From: Gammaproteobacteria bacterium
GTDB lineage: Bacteria > Pseudomonadota > Gammaproteobacteria > UBA4575
Length of the DNA stretch: 64,000 nucleotides
Reading direction: 5' to 3'
NCBI GenBank assembly: GCA_965207475.1
Contig: OZ242278.1
Coordinates: 551,127 to 615,126 of the forward strand
Below the pieces are notes generated by a model, which saw only the letters and a list, made by a program, of their open reading frames with translations, had not been told where the DNA came from and ran no database searches. Below, in pieces: positions 22,273-33,164 of this stretch. Numbering within the stretch: the first letter of the stretch is position 1; every line of letters starts with the position of its first letter. Position numbers and translations under genes: made by a program.

Positions 22273-23151
22273 ATGAAAATTGATCGAATCGGGATGATCG
22301 GCCTCGGCATCATGGGCAGGCCCATGGCCATGAACCTGATCAAGGCCAACTACAGGCTGGGGTTCTACGCCCGCCGGGAACAGTCACTTGAGGCCTTTGA
22401 ATCGAACAGCGTGGAACGCTTCAAGACCCCCCGCGAACTGGCTCAACACTGCCAGGTGACGATCACGATCGTATCGGACACCCCGGATGTGAAGGAGATC
22501 GTCAGCGGTCCGGATGGCCTGATCCACGGGGCTTGCGAAGGGCATCTCGTTGTGGACATGAGCACGATCTCGCCGCAGGTAACCCGGGTCCTGGCAAGGC
22601 AGCTTCAGGACAGGCGCATTGACATGCTGGACGCCCCGGTATCCGGCGGTGAACAGGGAGCCATCGACGCCACGCTTTCCATCATGGTGGGAGGAAGGGA
22701 AGAAATCTTCAACCGGACCTTGCCCATACTGCAATGCCTGGGGAAAAACATCACGCTTGTCGGCACGCATGGCGCCGGACAGGTCGCCAAGGCCTGCAAC
22801 CAGATTCTTGTGGCACAAACCATGTCTGCTGTGGCAGAAGCCTTCCTGCTGGCGAAATCTCTTGACGTGAACCCGGGAAAAGTGCGGGAAGCGCTACTCG
22901 GCGGATTTGCATACAGCAGGATTCTCGAGGTTCATGGCAGGCGCATGCTGGAAAATTCCTACCAGCCCGGATTCAAGGCCGAGCTGCATTACAAGGACAT
23001 GGGTATTGCGCAGTCCAGCGCAAGTGAGCACGGAATCTCCATGCCGGGTACCGATCTTGTTTCCGGTTACCTGGAAAAGATCGTCGACTCAGGCGAGGGT
23101 CACCTGGATTCATCGGCGATTGCAAAACTGATACTTGGCCAGACCGAATAA
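22273..23151 (+). CDS. NAD(P)-dependent oxidoreductase, 3-hydroxyisobutyrate / tartronate-semialdehyde reductase family
   Basis: N-terminal Rossmann motif IGMIGLGIMGRPMAMNL; 292 aa; family-typical catalytic Lys region. It is the only plus-strand gene within the leuS...nadD block. Confidence 0.8.
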   Translation: MKIDRIGMIGLGIMGRPMAMNLIKANYRLGFYARREQSLEAFESNSVERFKTPRELAQHCQVTITIVSDTPDVKEIVSGPDGLIHGACEGHLVVDMSTISPQVTRVLARQLQDRRIDMLDAPVSGGEQGAIDATLSIMVGGREEIFNRTLPILQCLGKNITLVGTHGAGQVAKACNQILVAQTMSAVAEAFLLAKSLDVNPGKVREALLGGFAYSRILEVHGRRMLENSYQPGFKAELHYKDMGIAQSSASEHGISMPGTDLVSGYLEKIVDSGEGHLDSSAIAKLILGQTE

Positions 23152-23178
23152 GCCGTAACGGTCGAGCCGGGCTGACGG

Positions 23179-23688
23179 CTACTCGTCCTGGATCGACATG
23201 GCCCGCAAACGGTAGACGATCAGCCTGGCCGCATGCTTGCGCATCTCATCCATCAGCCTCTGTTCCTCTTCGGCGGAACTCAGCACGTCCCTCTTGTCAA
23301 AAACAAAGGCCCGGTTCAGGCTGATACTTTGCCCGTTGAGCAGATAGCTGTCGTCCGGACGCCTCACGTCAAACGCGATGCTCAAGACCAGATCGTATTC
23401 CCGGGCTTTCCCGTCGCTGTCCAGTGAAAGCACCTCCTTCTCGGCGCTTTCGGACAGAATTTCAAGCCGTGCTGCCGCCTGTTCGTCGCCCACGACACGA
23501 ATCTTGTTTGACTCAAGAAAATTCCGGGCAAACTGCATCAGTACGCGGCTCGAGCCGGGACCCTGCAGCGAGATGCTTTCGATACCGTGATCGGCATCCC
23601 CGCCACTGCCCGCAAGCCGAAAGCCGCAGCCCGGCAGCATGCCCGACACGATCAGCAATGGTAAAAGAAGACCCAGATAATGACGCAT
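23179..23688 (-). CDS. lptE: LPS-assembly lipoprotein LptE
   Basis: Lipobox LPGCGF after a signal peptide; 169 aa; immediately downstream of leuS, a universally conserved pairing. Confidence 0.88.
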   Translation of the reverse strand: MRHYLGLLLPLLIVSGMLPGCGFRLAGSGGDADHGIESISLQGPGSSRVLMQFARNFLESNKIRVVGDEQAAARLEILSESAEKEVLSLDSDGKAREYDLVLSIAFDVRRPDDSYLLNGQSISLNRAFVFDKRDVLSSAEEEQRLMDEMRKHAARLIVYRLRAMSIQDE

Positions 23689-23693
23689 GGCGG

Positions 23694-26165
23694 CTAGTTT
23701 ACAACAATATTTACGATTCGACCCGGTACAACGACCACCTTGGTGATCTCACGATTTTCAATAAACCGCAAAACATTTTCATTGTCCCGTGCGGCTTGCT
23801 CAATGCCATTGTTATCCATCCCCGCAGGCACGCTGACGGTGCCACGCTTTTTCCCGTTGACCTGCACCACCATCTCCACAACCTCCCTTTTCAGGGCACC
23901 TCTGTCCAGACTGGGCCAAGCGGTTCGATAAACCGGTTCCTCATGGCCCAGCCAATGCCACAGGACATGGCAGGCATGCGGCAGGATCGGTGCAAGCATC
24001 CGAACCACCGCTTCCAGTGCTTCCTGGCAGACCTTGCGTCCTGTCGGCGACGGATCCTCAAAATCCGCAATCGCATTCACCAGCTCCATGTTTGAAGCGA
24101 CTGCCGTATTGAATGCGTAACGCCTGCCCATGCTGTCGGTAACCCTTTTTATGGTCTCGTGGGTCTTCCTGCGCAGTTCCGCCTGACCGGTATCCAGGCC
24201 CTCCGGAGCGATGCCGTTCCTGTGGGCCATTCCGTGCTCAACATGGCTTTCGACCAGGCGCCACAGCTTGTTGATAAACCGGTAGGAACCTTCGACCGCA
24301 GAGTCGGACCATTCGAGGTTATGCGAAGGAGGCGCGGCAAAGATCACAAAGAGCCGCACCGTGTCCGCGCCGTATTTGTCAATCAGCTCCTGGGGGTCCA
24401 CGGTATTGCCCCTGGATTTTGACATTTTTGCACCGTCTTTCAGCACCATCCCCTGCGTCAGCAGGTTCATGAACGGTTCATCATCTACAGACATGCCTGC
24501 ATCGCGCATCAGCTTGTGAAAGAACCTTGCATACAGCAGATGCAATACCGCATGCTCGACCCCTCCCACATACTGGTCGACCGGCATCCAGTACCGTGCC
24601 CTGTCATCCAGCATCGAAGAATCATTGTCCACACTGCAGTAACGCGCAAAATACCAGCTCGACTCGAAGAAGGTGTCAAACGTATCCAGTTCTCGCGTGG
24701 CAGCACCCCGGCATTTCGGACAGCTGACCTCGTAAAACCCCGGGGCCGACTGCAGGGGGGACAAACCCTTGTCGAAATCAACTTCTTCCGGCAACACCAC
24801 AGGCAAATCCCGATCAGGAACCGGTACTGCCCCGCAATGACTGCAGTTTATTATGGGAATTGGACAGCCCCAGTAACGCTGCCGGGAAATACCCCAGTCA
24901 CGCAGCCGGTAGTTGACGAGCCGCCGCCCCTTGTCACATCGCTCAAGCTCCCCTGCAATGGCATCAAAGGCCTGGTCCGAACTCAGGCCATCAAACTGTG
25001 CGGAATCCTGCAACCAGCCTTTTTCAAGAAATGCACATCGAGAGACGTCAACGCTGGCGCTGTCCTTGTCCGGATACACTACGGGCCGCACCGGCAATCC
25101 GAATGCTGATGCGAATTCCCAGTCGCGCTGATCATGAGCCGGCACGGACATGACGGCACCCGAGCCGTACTCGATCAGTACAAAATTCGCGATCCAGATC
25201 GGAATCCTGTCCTTTGTCATGGGATGCACCGCATACAGCCCGGTATCCATCCCCTTTTTCTCCAATGTGCTGATCTCGGCCTCGGAAACCCTTGTAGAGG
25301 CGCATTCCTGCAGGAACGCAGCAATTTCTGGCGAATCTTCCGCAGCCTGGACCGCCAGCTCATGTTCCGGGGCGACCGCAATATAGGTCACACCGAACAA
25401 CGTATCGGGACGGGTCGTGAACACGTTCAGTGTGTACTCGCTGCTCACATCGAATTTAATTTCTACACCTTGCGAACGGCCAATCCAGTTGGCCTGCATG
25501 GTTTTTACCTGGTCAGGCCAGCCCTCCAGCTGTTCCAGGTCTTTCAGGAGATCTTCGGCATATGCGGTAATTTTCAGAAACCACTGGGTGACTTCCTTGC
25601 GCTCGATCCGTGCGCCGGACCTCCATCCATGGCCTTCAATAACCTGTTCGTTCGCAAGTACCGTCTGGTCGACAGGATCCCAGTTGACCATGGCCTTTTT
25701 CCGGTAGACGAGCCCCTTCTCATACAACCTGGTGAAAAACCACTGCTCCCAGCGGTAATACTTCGGGTCGCACGTCGCAAGCTCCCGGCTCCAGTCATAG
25801 GCATAGCCGAGGCGCCGGAGCTGGGTCCGCATGTAAGCGATATTCCCATACGTCCATTCTGCCGGCGGGACACCGTTTTGGATTGCCGCGTTTTCCGCCG
25901 GCAGTCCGAAGGCATCCCAGCCCATGGGCTGCATGACGTTCTTCCCGGTCATCCGCTGGTAACGGCTGATGACATCTCCAATGGTGTAATTGCGCACATG
26001 GCCCATGTGCAAGTGTCCGCTCGGGTAGGGGAACATGGACAGGCAATAAAACTTTTCACGCTGCTCATCTTCTTTCGCTTCAAAGGCCCGGAGCCGGTCC
26101 CACTCTTGCTGCACCAGAGGCTCGATTTCATGCGGGTTATAGGTGGCTTGGCTCGTATTCTGCAT
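23694..26165 (-). CDS. leuS: leucine--tRNA ligase
   Basis: 823 aa; class I aaRS motifs ([16 protein letters not shown] region, KMSKS as MSKSRGN). Confidence 0.97.
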   Translation of the reverse strand: MQNTSQATYNPHEIEPLVQQEWDRLRAFEAKEDEQREKFYCLSMFPYPSGHLHMGHVRNYTIGDVISRYQRMTGKNVMQPMGWDAFGLPAENAAIQNGVPPAEWTYGNIAYMRTQLRRLGYAYDWSRELATCDPKYYRWEQWFFTRLYEKGLVYRKKAMVNWDPVDQTVLANEQVIEGHGWRSGARIERKEVTQWFLKITAYAEDLLKDLEQLEGWPDQVKTMQANWIGRSQGVEIKFDVSSEYTLNVFTTRPDTLFGVTYIAVAPEHELAVQAAEDSPEIAAFLQECASTRVSEAEISTLEKKGMDTGLYAVHPMTKDRIPIWIANFVLIEYGSGAVMSVPAHDQRDWEFASAFGLPVRPVVYPDKDSASVDVSRCAFLEKGWLQDSAQFDGLSSDQAFDAIAGELERCDKGRRLVNYRLRDWGISRQRYWGCPIPIINCSHCGAVPVPDRDLPVVLPEEVDFDKGLSPLQSAPGFYEVSCPKCRGAATRELDTFDTFFESSWYFARYCSVDNDSSMLDDRARYWMPVDQYVGGVEHAVLHLLYARFFHKLMRDAGMSVDDEPFMNLLTQGMVLKDGAKMSKSRGNTVDPQELIDKYGADTVRLFVIFAAPPSHNLEWSDSAVEGSYRFINKLWRLVESHVEHGMAHRNGIAPEGLDTGQAELRRKTHETIKRVTDSMGRRYAFNTAVASNMELVNAIADFEDPSPTGRKVCQEALEAVVRMLAPILPHACHVLWHWLGHEEPVYRTAWPSLDRGALKREVVEMVVQVNGKKRGTVSVPAGMDNNGIEQAARDNENVLRFIENREITKVVVVPGRIVNIVVN

Positions 26166-26293
26166 CGGTTACAGCTTGTGAAAGATCGAAAGAATACCAG
26201 CATGCATTGCCCGGCAACAATAAGCAGTACCGGGGCAAGACTTGCTGACCCTGGATTCCAGGCGACCCGCCCACTGGAAAACACCGGTACCCA

Positions 26294-27718
26294 TCAACGA
26301 CCGTAGTCATCCTCATATCGCACGATATCATCCTCACCCAGGTAGCTTCCGGACTGGACTTCTATGAGCTGAAGCAGATCTGAACCAGGGTTTTCAAGAC
26401 GGTGCCGGGTACCAGCCTGGATATACGTGGACTCGTTCTCGCCCAACAGGAAGACTTCCTCGTCCCGGGTAACCCGAGCCGTTCCCTTTACGACGATCCA
26501 GTGCTCGTCACGGTGGCGATGCATCTGCAATGAAAGAGACTGGCCCGGATTGACCGTGATCCGCTTGACCTGAAAGCTGTCCTGGGTATCCATGACTTCA
26601 TAGGTCCCCCAAGGCCGGTGGACCTTGGGATGAATTTCCGCTTCGCTGCGCCCGTCCTCCTGCAGCCGGGCAACGACGTCCCTGATCTCCTGAGCTTTTT
26701 CACGTGGGGCCACCAGGACCGCATCGGCTGTCTCAATGACTACCAAATCCCTGGTTCCGACTGTCGTCACAAGGCGATGACTGGAGCGGATGTAGCACCC
26801 CTCGCAGTCTTCCTCGACAACATCCCCGGATGTCACGTTGCCACGCCCGTCCCGGGACATGGACTCCCAGAGGGCCTGCCAGGATCCTATGTCGCTCCAC
26901 CCGCTGTCGAGCCGCGTGACCGCAGCCTTGTCAGTACGTTCCATCACGGCATAGTCGACCGAAATGCTAGGTGCCATGGAAAAGGCTTGCCTGTCCAGGC
27001 GAACAAAATCCAGGTCGCGTTTCCGATTTGCATGCGCTTCCTGGCATGCCTCAAAAATCTCCGCTTGCAGGCGCTTGACTTCACTCAGGTACAATCCTGC
27101 CGAGAACAGGAACAGCCCGCTGTTCCAGAGGTAACGGCCACTTTCCAGGTAAGCCCTAGCCGTTTCAGAATCCGGCTTCTCCACGAATTCCTGTACCTCA
27201 TAGATCTCGCTTGAAGAGGAATCCAGGGGGGCCGCATCGTCGTATCTTATGTACCCGTAGCCGGTTTCAGCCCGATCGGGAACGATGCCGAAAGTCACCA
27301 GCCGGTCGACCGCAACCCGTACGGCGCGGGACACAGCGAGCCGAAACTGCTCCATGTCCTGCACGATGTGGTCGGCTGGAAGTATCAACAGGAAGGCATC
27401 GGGACCCCGGTCAAGCACATGCATGGCCGCAATGGTTATGGCCGGTGCCGTGTTACGCCCGGTTGGTTCAAGAATAATTTCTGCCGGAAGACCGGCGCGC
27501 CGCAATTGCTCGGCCGCCATGAAACGGTGTTCATCATTGCATAGCACCAGCGCCTCATTGACATTCTCCAGATTGCGGACCCGTTCAACCGTGGCCTGGA
27601 ACAGACTCTTGTCTCCCGTGATCGGAATAAACTGCTTGGGATAAAGCTTTCTGGAGAGAGGCCACAGGCGTGTGCCCGAACCTCCCGACAGGATGACAGG
27701 GATGATGGATGCCGTCAT
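26294..27718 (-). CDS. manC: mannose-1-phosphate guanylyltransferase / mannose-6-phosphate isomerase (type II PMI, ManC/AlgA-like)
   Basis: N-terminal nucleotidyltransferase domain (IPVILSGGSGTRLWPLS) plus a C-terminal cupin. Start chosen at the internal ATG (27718), which overlaps the lnt stop (ATGA); the track ORF extends to 27787, into lnt. Confidence 0.88.
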   Translation of the reverse strand: MTASIIPVILSGGSGTRLWPLSRKLYPKQFIPITGDKSLFQATVERVRNLENVNEALVLCNDEHRFMAAEQLRRAGLPAEIILEPTGRNTAPAITIAAMHVLDRGPDAFLLILPADHIVQDMEQFRLAVSRAVRVAVDRLVTFGIVPDRAETGYGYIRYDDAAPLDSSSSEIYEVQEFVEKPDSETARAYLESGRYLWNSGLFLFSAGLYLSEVKRLQAEIFEACQEAHANRKRDLDFVRLDRQAFSMAPSISVDYAVMERTDKAAVTRLDSGWSDIGSWQALWESMSRDGRGNVTSGDVVEEDCEGCYIRSSHRLVTTVGTRDLVVIETADAVLVAPREKAQEIRDVVARLQEDGRSEAEIHPKVHRPWGTYEVMDTQDSFQVKRITVNPGQSLSLQMHRHRDEHWIVVKGTARVTRDEEVFLLGENESTYIQAGTRHRLENPGSDLLQLIEVQSGSYLGEDDIVRYEDDYGR

Positions 27719-29259
27719 GAATGTCTCATCTCGCGATCTGGCCGATTCAAGGATAGGGTCTTGGATCGAGTCCTGTGCCAATGACAAAGCAAGATTATAA
27801 GGGAAATACAGGACAGGATTGCCAGGATTGTCCAGTTTCCCATGCGCGAGTAAGGTGTCTGACCTTCATGCGGTCGGATATTTGCCCGCACGACATCTTC
27901 CTGAAACTGGGAAGAGCGAGCCACAATCAAACCCTTTGGATCAATCACCGCCGAAATCCCCGTACTGGTTGCACGCAACAGGTATCGTCCCGACTCGATG
28001 GCCCTAGAACGCGAGATCTCCAGGTGCTGTTCGGGCGCATAGGAATCCCCGAACCAGGCGTCATTGCTGATATTGACCAGGAAATCGGCCTCGGGCATGG
28101 CTTCGATTATTTCGTTTCCATACACCACTTCATAGCAGATCGATGCACCGACCAGGTAGCCCTTGAGCTTGACCAGTGGCCGCCCTTTACCCGCGGATAT
28201 GTCGGACATCGGAAGATCGATATGGCGTGCCAGGAACGTTGCGAGATCCCGAAAGGGAATATACTCCCCGAAGGGCACCAGGCGGCGCTTGGAGTAAAAG
28301 CTTCTCTCCTCGCCAAAGGTCATCAGCGAGTTGTATACCCCCCCGGTAAGCTGATCATAGGTAAACAGGCCGACCAGAAAATCCGTACCGGATTCCTTCG
28401 CGATTTCTTCGAGGTCCGGGATGAATGAGTCCCTGACCTTGTAGAAGTAGGTAGGGATGGCGGATTCCGGCCACACGATGATCTCTGCATCCAGGTTTGC
28501 CTCGCTGAGCTGCTTGTACCGGCTCAGGATGCCCGCATGTTTTGTGCGGTCCCATTTCTCTTCCTGCGAAATATTTCCCTGAATCAGGGCGATACCGAGC
28601 GGCTCTCCGGCCGGGGTTGTCCAGGCCAGTTGACGGGTAACCAGCATCAGCACTGCTGCAAGCACCAGCACTGCAAGGGAAACGAGTTTTTCCCGGACTG
28701 CCGCAAAAACCAGTACGGCAGCCAGGCAGCCCGTGAGCACCGCCACCCATGATGCGCCGTAACTGCCCAGGATCGGTACAACGCCCTGTAACGGGCTGGA
28801 ATGATGTGCGTGTCCCATCAATAGCCACGGAAAGCCGGTAAATATCCAGCCACGCACCCACTCCGAAATCGTCCAGAGTGTCGCAAACGCAAGTGCGCCA
28901 CGAAGGCACAATGCCTGGCCCGAACACAGTTTCGAGAAAAGCAAAGTGGAAACTGCCGGAAACAGGGCAAGCACGGCTACCAGGAGCGTCACGAGAAAAA
29001 TACCCAGCCATACCGGTGCGTGGCCATACTCGTGAATGCTGTTGAATGTCCATGAAATACCCAGCCCGAAAAACACAAGCCCGAAAACGAGCCCCAGGAG
29101 AAATGCAGTCCCGGGCGAGCGTCCAGCGAGGGCGACGTACAGGGCTGCCGGGCAGACGAGTGTCAGCCACCACCATGAAAACGGTGCAAAACCGCAAACG
29201 AGCAAGGCCCCTGCTGCGACTGCGAGCAGGAACGCGACACTACTGGAAAGAATGGGCAT
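27715..29259 (-). CDS. lnt: apolipoprotein N-acyltransferase
   Basis: 514 aa; N-terminal polytopic membrane region plus a C-terminal CN-hydrolase domain; lnt-corC-ybeY-ybeZ-miaB synteny identical to E. coli. Confidence 0.93.
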   Translation of the reverse strand: MPILSSSVAFLLAVAAGALLVCGFAPFSWWWLTLVCPAALYVALAGRSPGTAFLLGLVFGLVFFGLGISWTFNSIHEYGHAPVWLGIFLVTLLVAVLALFPAVSTLLFSKLCSGQALCLRGALAFATLWTISEWVRGWIFTGFPWLLMGHAHHSSPLQGVVPILGSYGASWVAVLTGCLAAVLVFAAVREKLVSLAVLVLAAVLMLVTRQLAWTTPAGEPLGIALIQGNISQEEKWDRTKHAGILSRYKQLSEANLDAEIIVWPESAIPTYFYKVRDSFIPDLEEIAKESGTDFLVGLFTYDQLTGGVYNSLMTFGEERSFYSKRRLVPFGEYIPFRDLATFLARHIDLPMSDISAGKGRPLVKLKGYLVGASICYEVVYGNEIIEAMPEADFLVNISNDAWFGDSYAPEQHLEISRSRAIESGRYLLRATSTGISAVIDPKGLIVARSSQFQEDVVRANIRPHEGQTPYSRMGNWTILAILSCISLIILLCHWHRTRSKTLSLNRPDREMRHS

Positions 29260-29313
29260 GTGTCACCGAAAGGATGCTATCCGGTTTCCCGGCAAACTGC
29301 TGTACGCTGGTTC

Positions 29314-30162
29314 CTACGAATGCTCTGGATTGCTTGAAACACTGAGCAGGTGAAGCCTGCGCCGGTCTGAACGCATCACTTCCACGATGAAACGGTCAAT
29401 TTTTATGCGCTCACCCTTTTTGGGCAGATGACCAAACTTGCTCAGCACCAGACCTCCGAACGTTTCAAACTCCGCGTCACTGTAGCGCGTGGAGAAAAAC
29501 TCGTTGAAATCCTCGATGGGTGTCAACGCCTTGACACCGTACTGTCCTTCAGAATGCTCGAATATGTAATGATCCTCCGTCACATCATGCTCGTCCGTGA
29601 TGTCCCCGACAATCTGTTCCAGCACATCCTCGATCGTCACAAGCCCGGAAACTCCACTGTATTCATCCACAACGAGCGCCATGTGATTGCGGCTGTCCTT
29701 GAACTCGTTCAGCAGCGTATTCACCCGCTTGGACTCGGGGACGACCACTGCGGGGCGCAATACATCGTCCATGCTGAAATCTCCCTGTCTGCCCTTCATG
29801 AAATGGCGCAGCAGATCCTTGGCCAGCAGGATTCCCAATACCTCGTCCTTGCTCTCACCCACGACCGGGAATCTTGAGTGTGCCGAGTCTATGATGACCG
29901 GCAACATGTCCTGCAGGCTGCTGCCACGGCGCACGACCACCATCTGTGAACGCGGAATCATGATATTTTTCACCTGGATCTCAGACACCTGGATCGCGCC
30001 TTTGATCATTTCCAGAATGTCGCTGTCTATCACGCCACCGGCCTCGGATCTTTGCAGCAGCTGAATGATCTCCGCACGGTCTTCCGGGTACTTCTTCAAA
30101 ACCATCTTCAGGTAGGCGGGCATGTGTAGCCACCGCATGGCTGTATCAAGAAATTTCGGCAT
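29314..30162 (-). CDS. corC: CBS-domain magnesium/cobalt efflux-associated protein CorC (YbeX)
   Basis: Near-colinear with E. coli YbeX (IMIPRSQM, HSRFPV, VVVPESKRV, LVTIEDVLE, GHLPKKGE). Confidence 0.93.
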   Translation of the reverse strand: MPKFLDTAMRWLHMPAYLKMVLKKYPEDRAEIIQLLQRSEAGGVIDSDILEMIKGAIQVSEIQVKNIMIPRSQMVVVRRGSSLQDMLPVIIDSAHSRFPVVGESKDEVLGILLAKDLLRHFMKGRQGDFSMDDVLRPAVVVPESKRVNTLLNEFKDSRNHMALVVDEYSGVSGLVTIEDVLEQIVGDITDEHDVTEDHYIFEHSEGQYGVKALTPIEDFNEFFSTRYSDAEFETFGGLVLSKFGHLPKKGERIKIDRFIVEVMRSDRRRLHLLSVSSNPEHS

Positions 30163-30168
30163 GATCGT

Positions 30169-30612
30169 TCAATACGGGTTGTCCACGCCCAGCCTGTCCA
30201 ATATCCCGATCTCAAGGGCCTCCATTTCCCGGGTGCGCTGATCATCATCGTGGACAAATCCCTGCAAATGCAAAATTCCATGCACGAGCAGGTGCGCCCA
30301 GTGAGAGCGGAGATCTTTCCCCTGGTGAACGGCCTCCTCGGCCACGACGGGCGCACAGATGACAACGTCCCCCAGAAAACGGATGCCCAGTTCTTCCGGC
30401 AGGGAGGCAGGAAAAGACAGTACATTCGTGGCCTTGCCGGACTTGCGGTATTTGCTGTTCAGGGACTCCCCCTCGTTCCTGTCCACAATACGCAAACAGG
30501 CCCAGCTCGCTTCGCCTGAAGAGTCTATCTCTGCCGCCCATCTCCTGAATTCAGACTCAGGGGGCACCTGACAGCCTGCAGCCGCCACCTGGATATCAAG
30601 CAGCACGGCCAC
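30169..30612 (-). CDS. ybeY: rRNA maturation endoribonuclease YbeY
   Basis: HWAHLLVHGILHLQGFVHDDD zinc-binding H3xH5xH motif; 147 aa. Confidence 0.93.
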   Translation of the reverse strand: MAVLLDIQVAAAGCQVPPESEFRRWAAEIDSSGEASWACLRIVDRNEGESLNSKYRKSGKATNVLSFPASLPEELGIRFLGDVVICAPVVAEEAVHQGKDLRSHWAHLLVHGILHLQGFVHDDDQRTREMEALEIGILDRLGVDNPY

Positions 30613-30626
30613 TTCTGGGATACCCG

Positions 30627-31601
30627 TCAGCCCGGATCATTGCCATAGGCCCGGATAATTTTCTTGACCAGCGGATGACGCACGACATCCCGGGCATTGA
30701 ACTCGCAAATGGAGACCCCCTCGGTTTCTCCCAGGATCCGCCTGACGTGTTTCAGGCCTGATTCCTTGGTGCCGGGCAGATCAATCTGCGTGATGTCGCC
30801 CGTAACGATGGCTTTCGAGCCAAAGCCAATGCGGGTCAGGAACATCTTCATCTGTTCGATCGTGGTGTTTTGCGCCTCATCCAGGATGATGTAGGCATCA
30901 TTCAGGGTCCGCCCGCGCATATAGGCCAAGGGGGCAATTTCTATGACATTCCTGTCAACGAGCTTGCTGACTTTCTCATAGCCCAGCATTTCGTAGAGGG
31001 CGTCATACATGGGCCTCAAGTACGGGTCGATTTTCTGGGCAAGATCTCCTGGCAGGAATCCCAGCCTTTCTCCGGCTTCCACGGCGGGTCTCACCAGGAC
31101 GAGCTTGCGGATCCTGTCTCGTTCCAGTGCCGCGACGGCGCACGCGACGGCAAGATAGGTCTTGCCGGTGCCGGCAGGGCCGATGCCGAACACCAGGTCG
31201 CTTTCCTCGATCAGCTGTACATACCGTTGCTGGTTGAAGCCACGGGGCTTGATGGCACCGCGCTTGGTGTGAACCGTGCGAAGGGAAGACTTGAGATTCT
31301 GCTCGGCGATGTTCGCAAGCTCGGATTCCTGCAGATGCAGGTGCACGTCCGAGGAGGAGAGAATCTGGTCTTTCGTAGAATCGTAAAGTTCCTTTAGAAC
31401 CTCTACCGCTGCATTGGTGGCCCTGGCCTCGCCGCTGATCGAAAAGGCATTGCCCCGGTTGTTGATTTCAACACCGAGTCTTTTTTCAAGCTGGTGCAGG
31501 TGCCCATTGAGAGGCCCGCAAAGGTTGGCGAGTCGCGGATTGTCTGCAGGCTCCAGGGATATATTTACGGAATGGACTTCGCTAGGCAAAAGTACAGACA
31601 C
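30627..31601 (-). CDS. ybeZ: PhoH-like ATPase YbeZ
   Basis: Walker A GPAGTGKTYLAV; 324 aa; PhoH family; conserved position between miaB and ybeY. Confidence 0.93.
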   Translation of the reverse strand: MSVLLPSEVHSVNISLEPADNPRLANLCGPLNGHLHQLEKRLGVEINNRGNAFSISGEARATNAAVEVLKELYDSTKDQILSSSDVHLHLQESELANIAEQNLKSSLRTVHTKRGAIKPRGFNQQRYVQLIEESDLVFGIGPAGTGKTYLAVACAVAALERDRIRKLVLVRPAVEAGERLGFLPGDLAQKIDPYLRPMYDALYEMLGYEKVSKLVDRNVIEIAPLAYMRGRTLNDAYIILDEAQNTTIEQMKMFLTRIGFGSKAIVTGDITQIDLPGTKESGLKHVRRILGETEGVSICEFNARDVVRHPLVKKIIRAYGNDPG

Positions 31602-31603
31602 CC

Positions 31604-32941
31604 CTACATTGCTGTCTCATGGAAGGCACCCCGCAAAGAATTTGAATATACCCCGGTGATCTCGAGACGTACAAACCTGCCCCGCACATCACGCGGCGCA
31701 TCGAAATTGACAACACGGTTGTTTTCGGTTCTCCCGGAATACTCCTGGCCCGACTTTCTCGAGTGTCCCTCAACCAGCACCATCTGATCCGTGCCCAGCA
31801 TGGCTTGGGAACGGTCCATGGATGCATTGCGAATGGTTTCCTGCAAGCGCTGAAGCCTGTGCTTCTTCACATCCAGCGAAACGGGATCCTCAAGTGATGC
31901 CGCGGGCGTGCCGGGCCGGCGACTGTAGATGAAGCTGTAGGACTGGTCGAAACCCACTTCTTCCACCAGCTCCATCGTGTCCTCGAAATCCTGGTCCGTT
32001 TCGCCCGGAAAACCGACAATGAAGTCTGATGAAATACTCACATCCGGCCTGTGCCTGCGCAACTTTCTGATGATGGACTTGTACTCCAGTGCCGTGTACC
32101 CGCGTTTCATAGCAGAGAGTATCCTGTCAGAGCCACTTTGGACCGGCAGGTGCACATGATTTACGAGTTCGGGAATCTCAGCATACGCATCGATCAGGTT
32201 GTCCGAAAATTCTACAGGATGGGAACTAGTATACCTTATCCGTTCTATGCCTTCGATATCGCTTACATAGTAAAGCAGCAGGGAAAAATCCACGATATTC
32301 CCGTGGCGGTCCAGCCCGCGGTACCCGTTCACGTTCTGGCCCAGCAATGTGACCTCGCGTGCACCCTGCCCGGCCAGCAAACCGATTTCATGCAACACAT
32401 CATCCAGTGGCCTGCTGAACTCTTCACCCCGCGTATAAGGCACTACACAATACGTGCAGTACTTGCTGCAGCCCTCCATGACTGAGACGTAGGCAACGGG
32501 ACCCTGGTGCCCGGGTTCAGGCAGGCAGTCGAACTTCTCCATCTCCGGGAAGGAAATATCGATGACCGCTTTCCTGCCCGTTGCCGCCTGGTCCAGCAAA
32601 TCGGGCAAGCGGTGAATCGTCTGGGGGCCGAACACAACGTCTACCTGTTTTGCGCGTGCTGCCAGGGACTCCCCTTCCTGACTGGCCACACATCCCCCGA
32701 CACCGATCAGGACATCCGGATTCTTTTCCTTCAAGGGTCGCCACCGACCCAGTTGTGAAAACACTTTTTCCTGTGCCTTTTCACGAATGGAGCATGTGTT
32801 GAGCAACAGGACATCGGCCTTGGACGGTTCATGGGTGATTTCAAAACCACAACCGTGGCGAAGTGCATCCAGCATCCTGCTGGAATCATACTCATTCATC
32901 TGGCATCCCTGTGTTTTGATGAATACTTTTTTAGACATCAA
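31604..32941 (-). CDS. miaB: tRNA-2-methylthio-N6-dimethylallyladenosine synthase
   Basis: 445 aa; N-terminal MTTase domain [20 protein letters not shown]; radical SAM CxxxCxxC (CSKYCTYC); TRAM C-terminus. Confidence 0.96.
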   Translation of the reverse strand: MMSKKVFIKTQGCQMNEYDSSRMLDALRHGCGFEITHEPSKADVLLLNTCSIREKAQEKVFSQLGRWRPLKEKNPDVLIGVGGCVASQEGESLAARAKQVDVVFGPQTIHRLPDLLDQAATGRKAVIDISFPEMEKFDCLPEPGHQGPVAYVSVMEGCSKYCTYCVVPYTRGEEFSRPLDDVLHEIGLLAGQGAREVTLLGQNVNGYRGLDRHGNIVDFSLLLYYVSDIEGIERIRYTSSHPVEFSDNLIDAYAEIPELVNHVHLPVQSGSDRILSAMKRGYTALEYKSIIRKLRRHRPDVSISSDFIVGFPGETDQDFEDTMELVEEVGFDQSYSFIYSRRPGTPAASLEDPVSLDVKKHRLQRLQETIRNASMDRSQAMLGTDQMVLVEGHSRKSGQEYSGRTENNRVVNFDAPRDVRGRFVRLEITGVYSNSLRGAFHETAM

Positions 32942-32985
32942 GGCTTTCCAAAAAACATATCAGTGTCTTCCGAATCTATTCGATC

Positions 32986-32993
32986 TGTATAAT
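32986..32993 (+). promoter_or_regulatory. candidate extended -10 promoter element (TGTATAAT) upstream of the LPS-kinase-family gene
   Basis: tCTGTATAAT lies ~170 nt upstream of the 33165 start in the miaB-divergent intergenic region. It is the same 9-mer (CTGTATAAT) as the one upstream of pseF. Confidence 0.3.
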
Positions 32994-33164
32994 ACCAGAC
33001 AGTACACGTAACGAAAGCCGTGAGGAAATAACACGAGTATCCGGAAACTTTTCATTTCGACATCCCGCAGGTTCAAGTACATCCCCTGCTCTTGCAGACA
33101 AACGCCATACCACACAAAAATACGATTCATACCTTCCAGAGAAACACTTTCAGTCCGGCTAGAG

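Noticed and set aside
25134-26306. 390-aa plus-strand ORF, and similar long ORFs at 59346..60491, 50451..51110, 54677..55636, 12635..13459
   Set aside because: They lie antisense to leuS, tuf, rpsE, rpsC/rplP and the CN hydrolase, which have overwhelming homology support. They have no recognisable motifs, and long antisense open frames are typical of GC-rich genes.
32985-33002. CTGTATAATACCAGACAG as an SOS (LexA) box
   Set aside because: The spacer between CTGT and ACAG is 10 nt, not 8. The second CTGTATAAT copy at 38052 has no ACAG partner. It is better explained as an extended -10.
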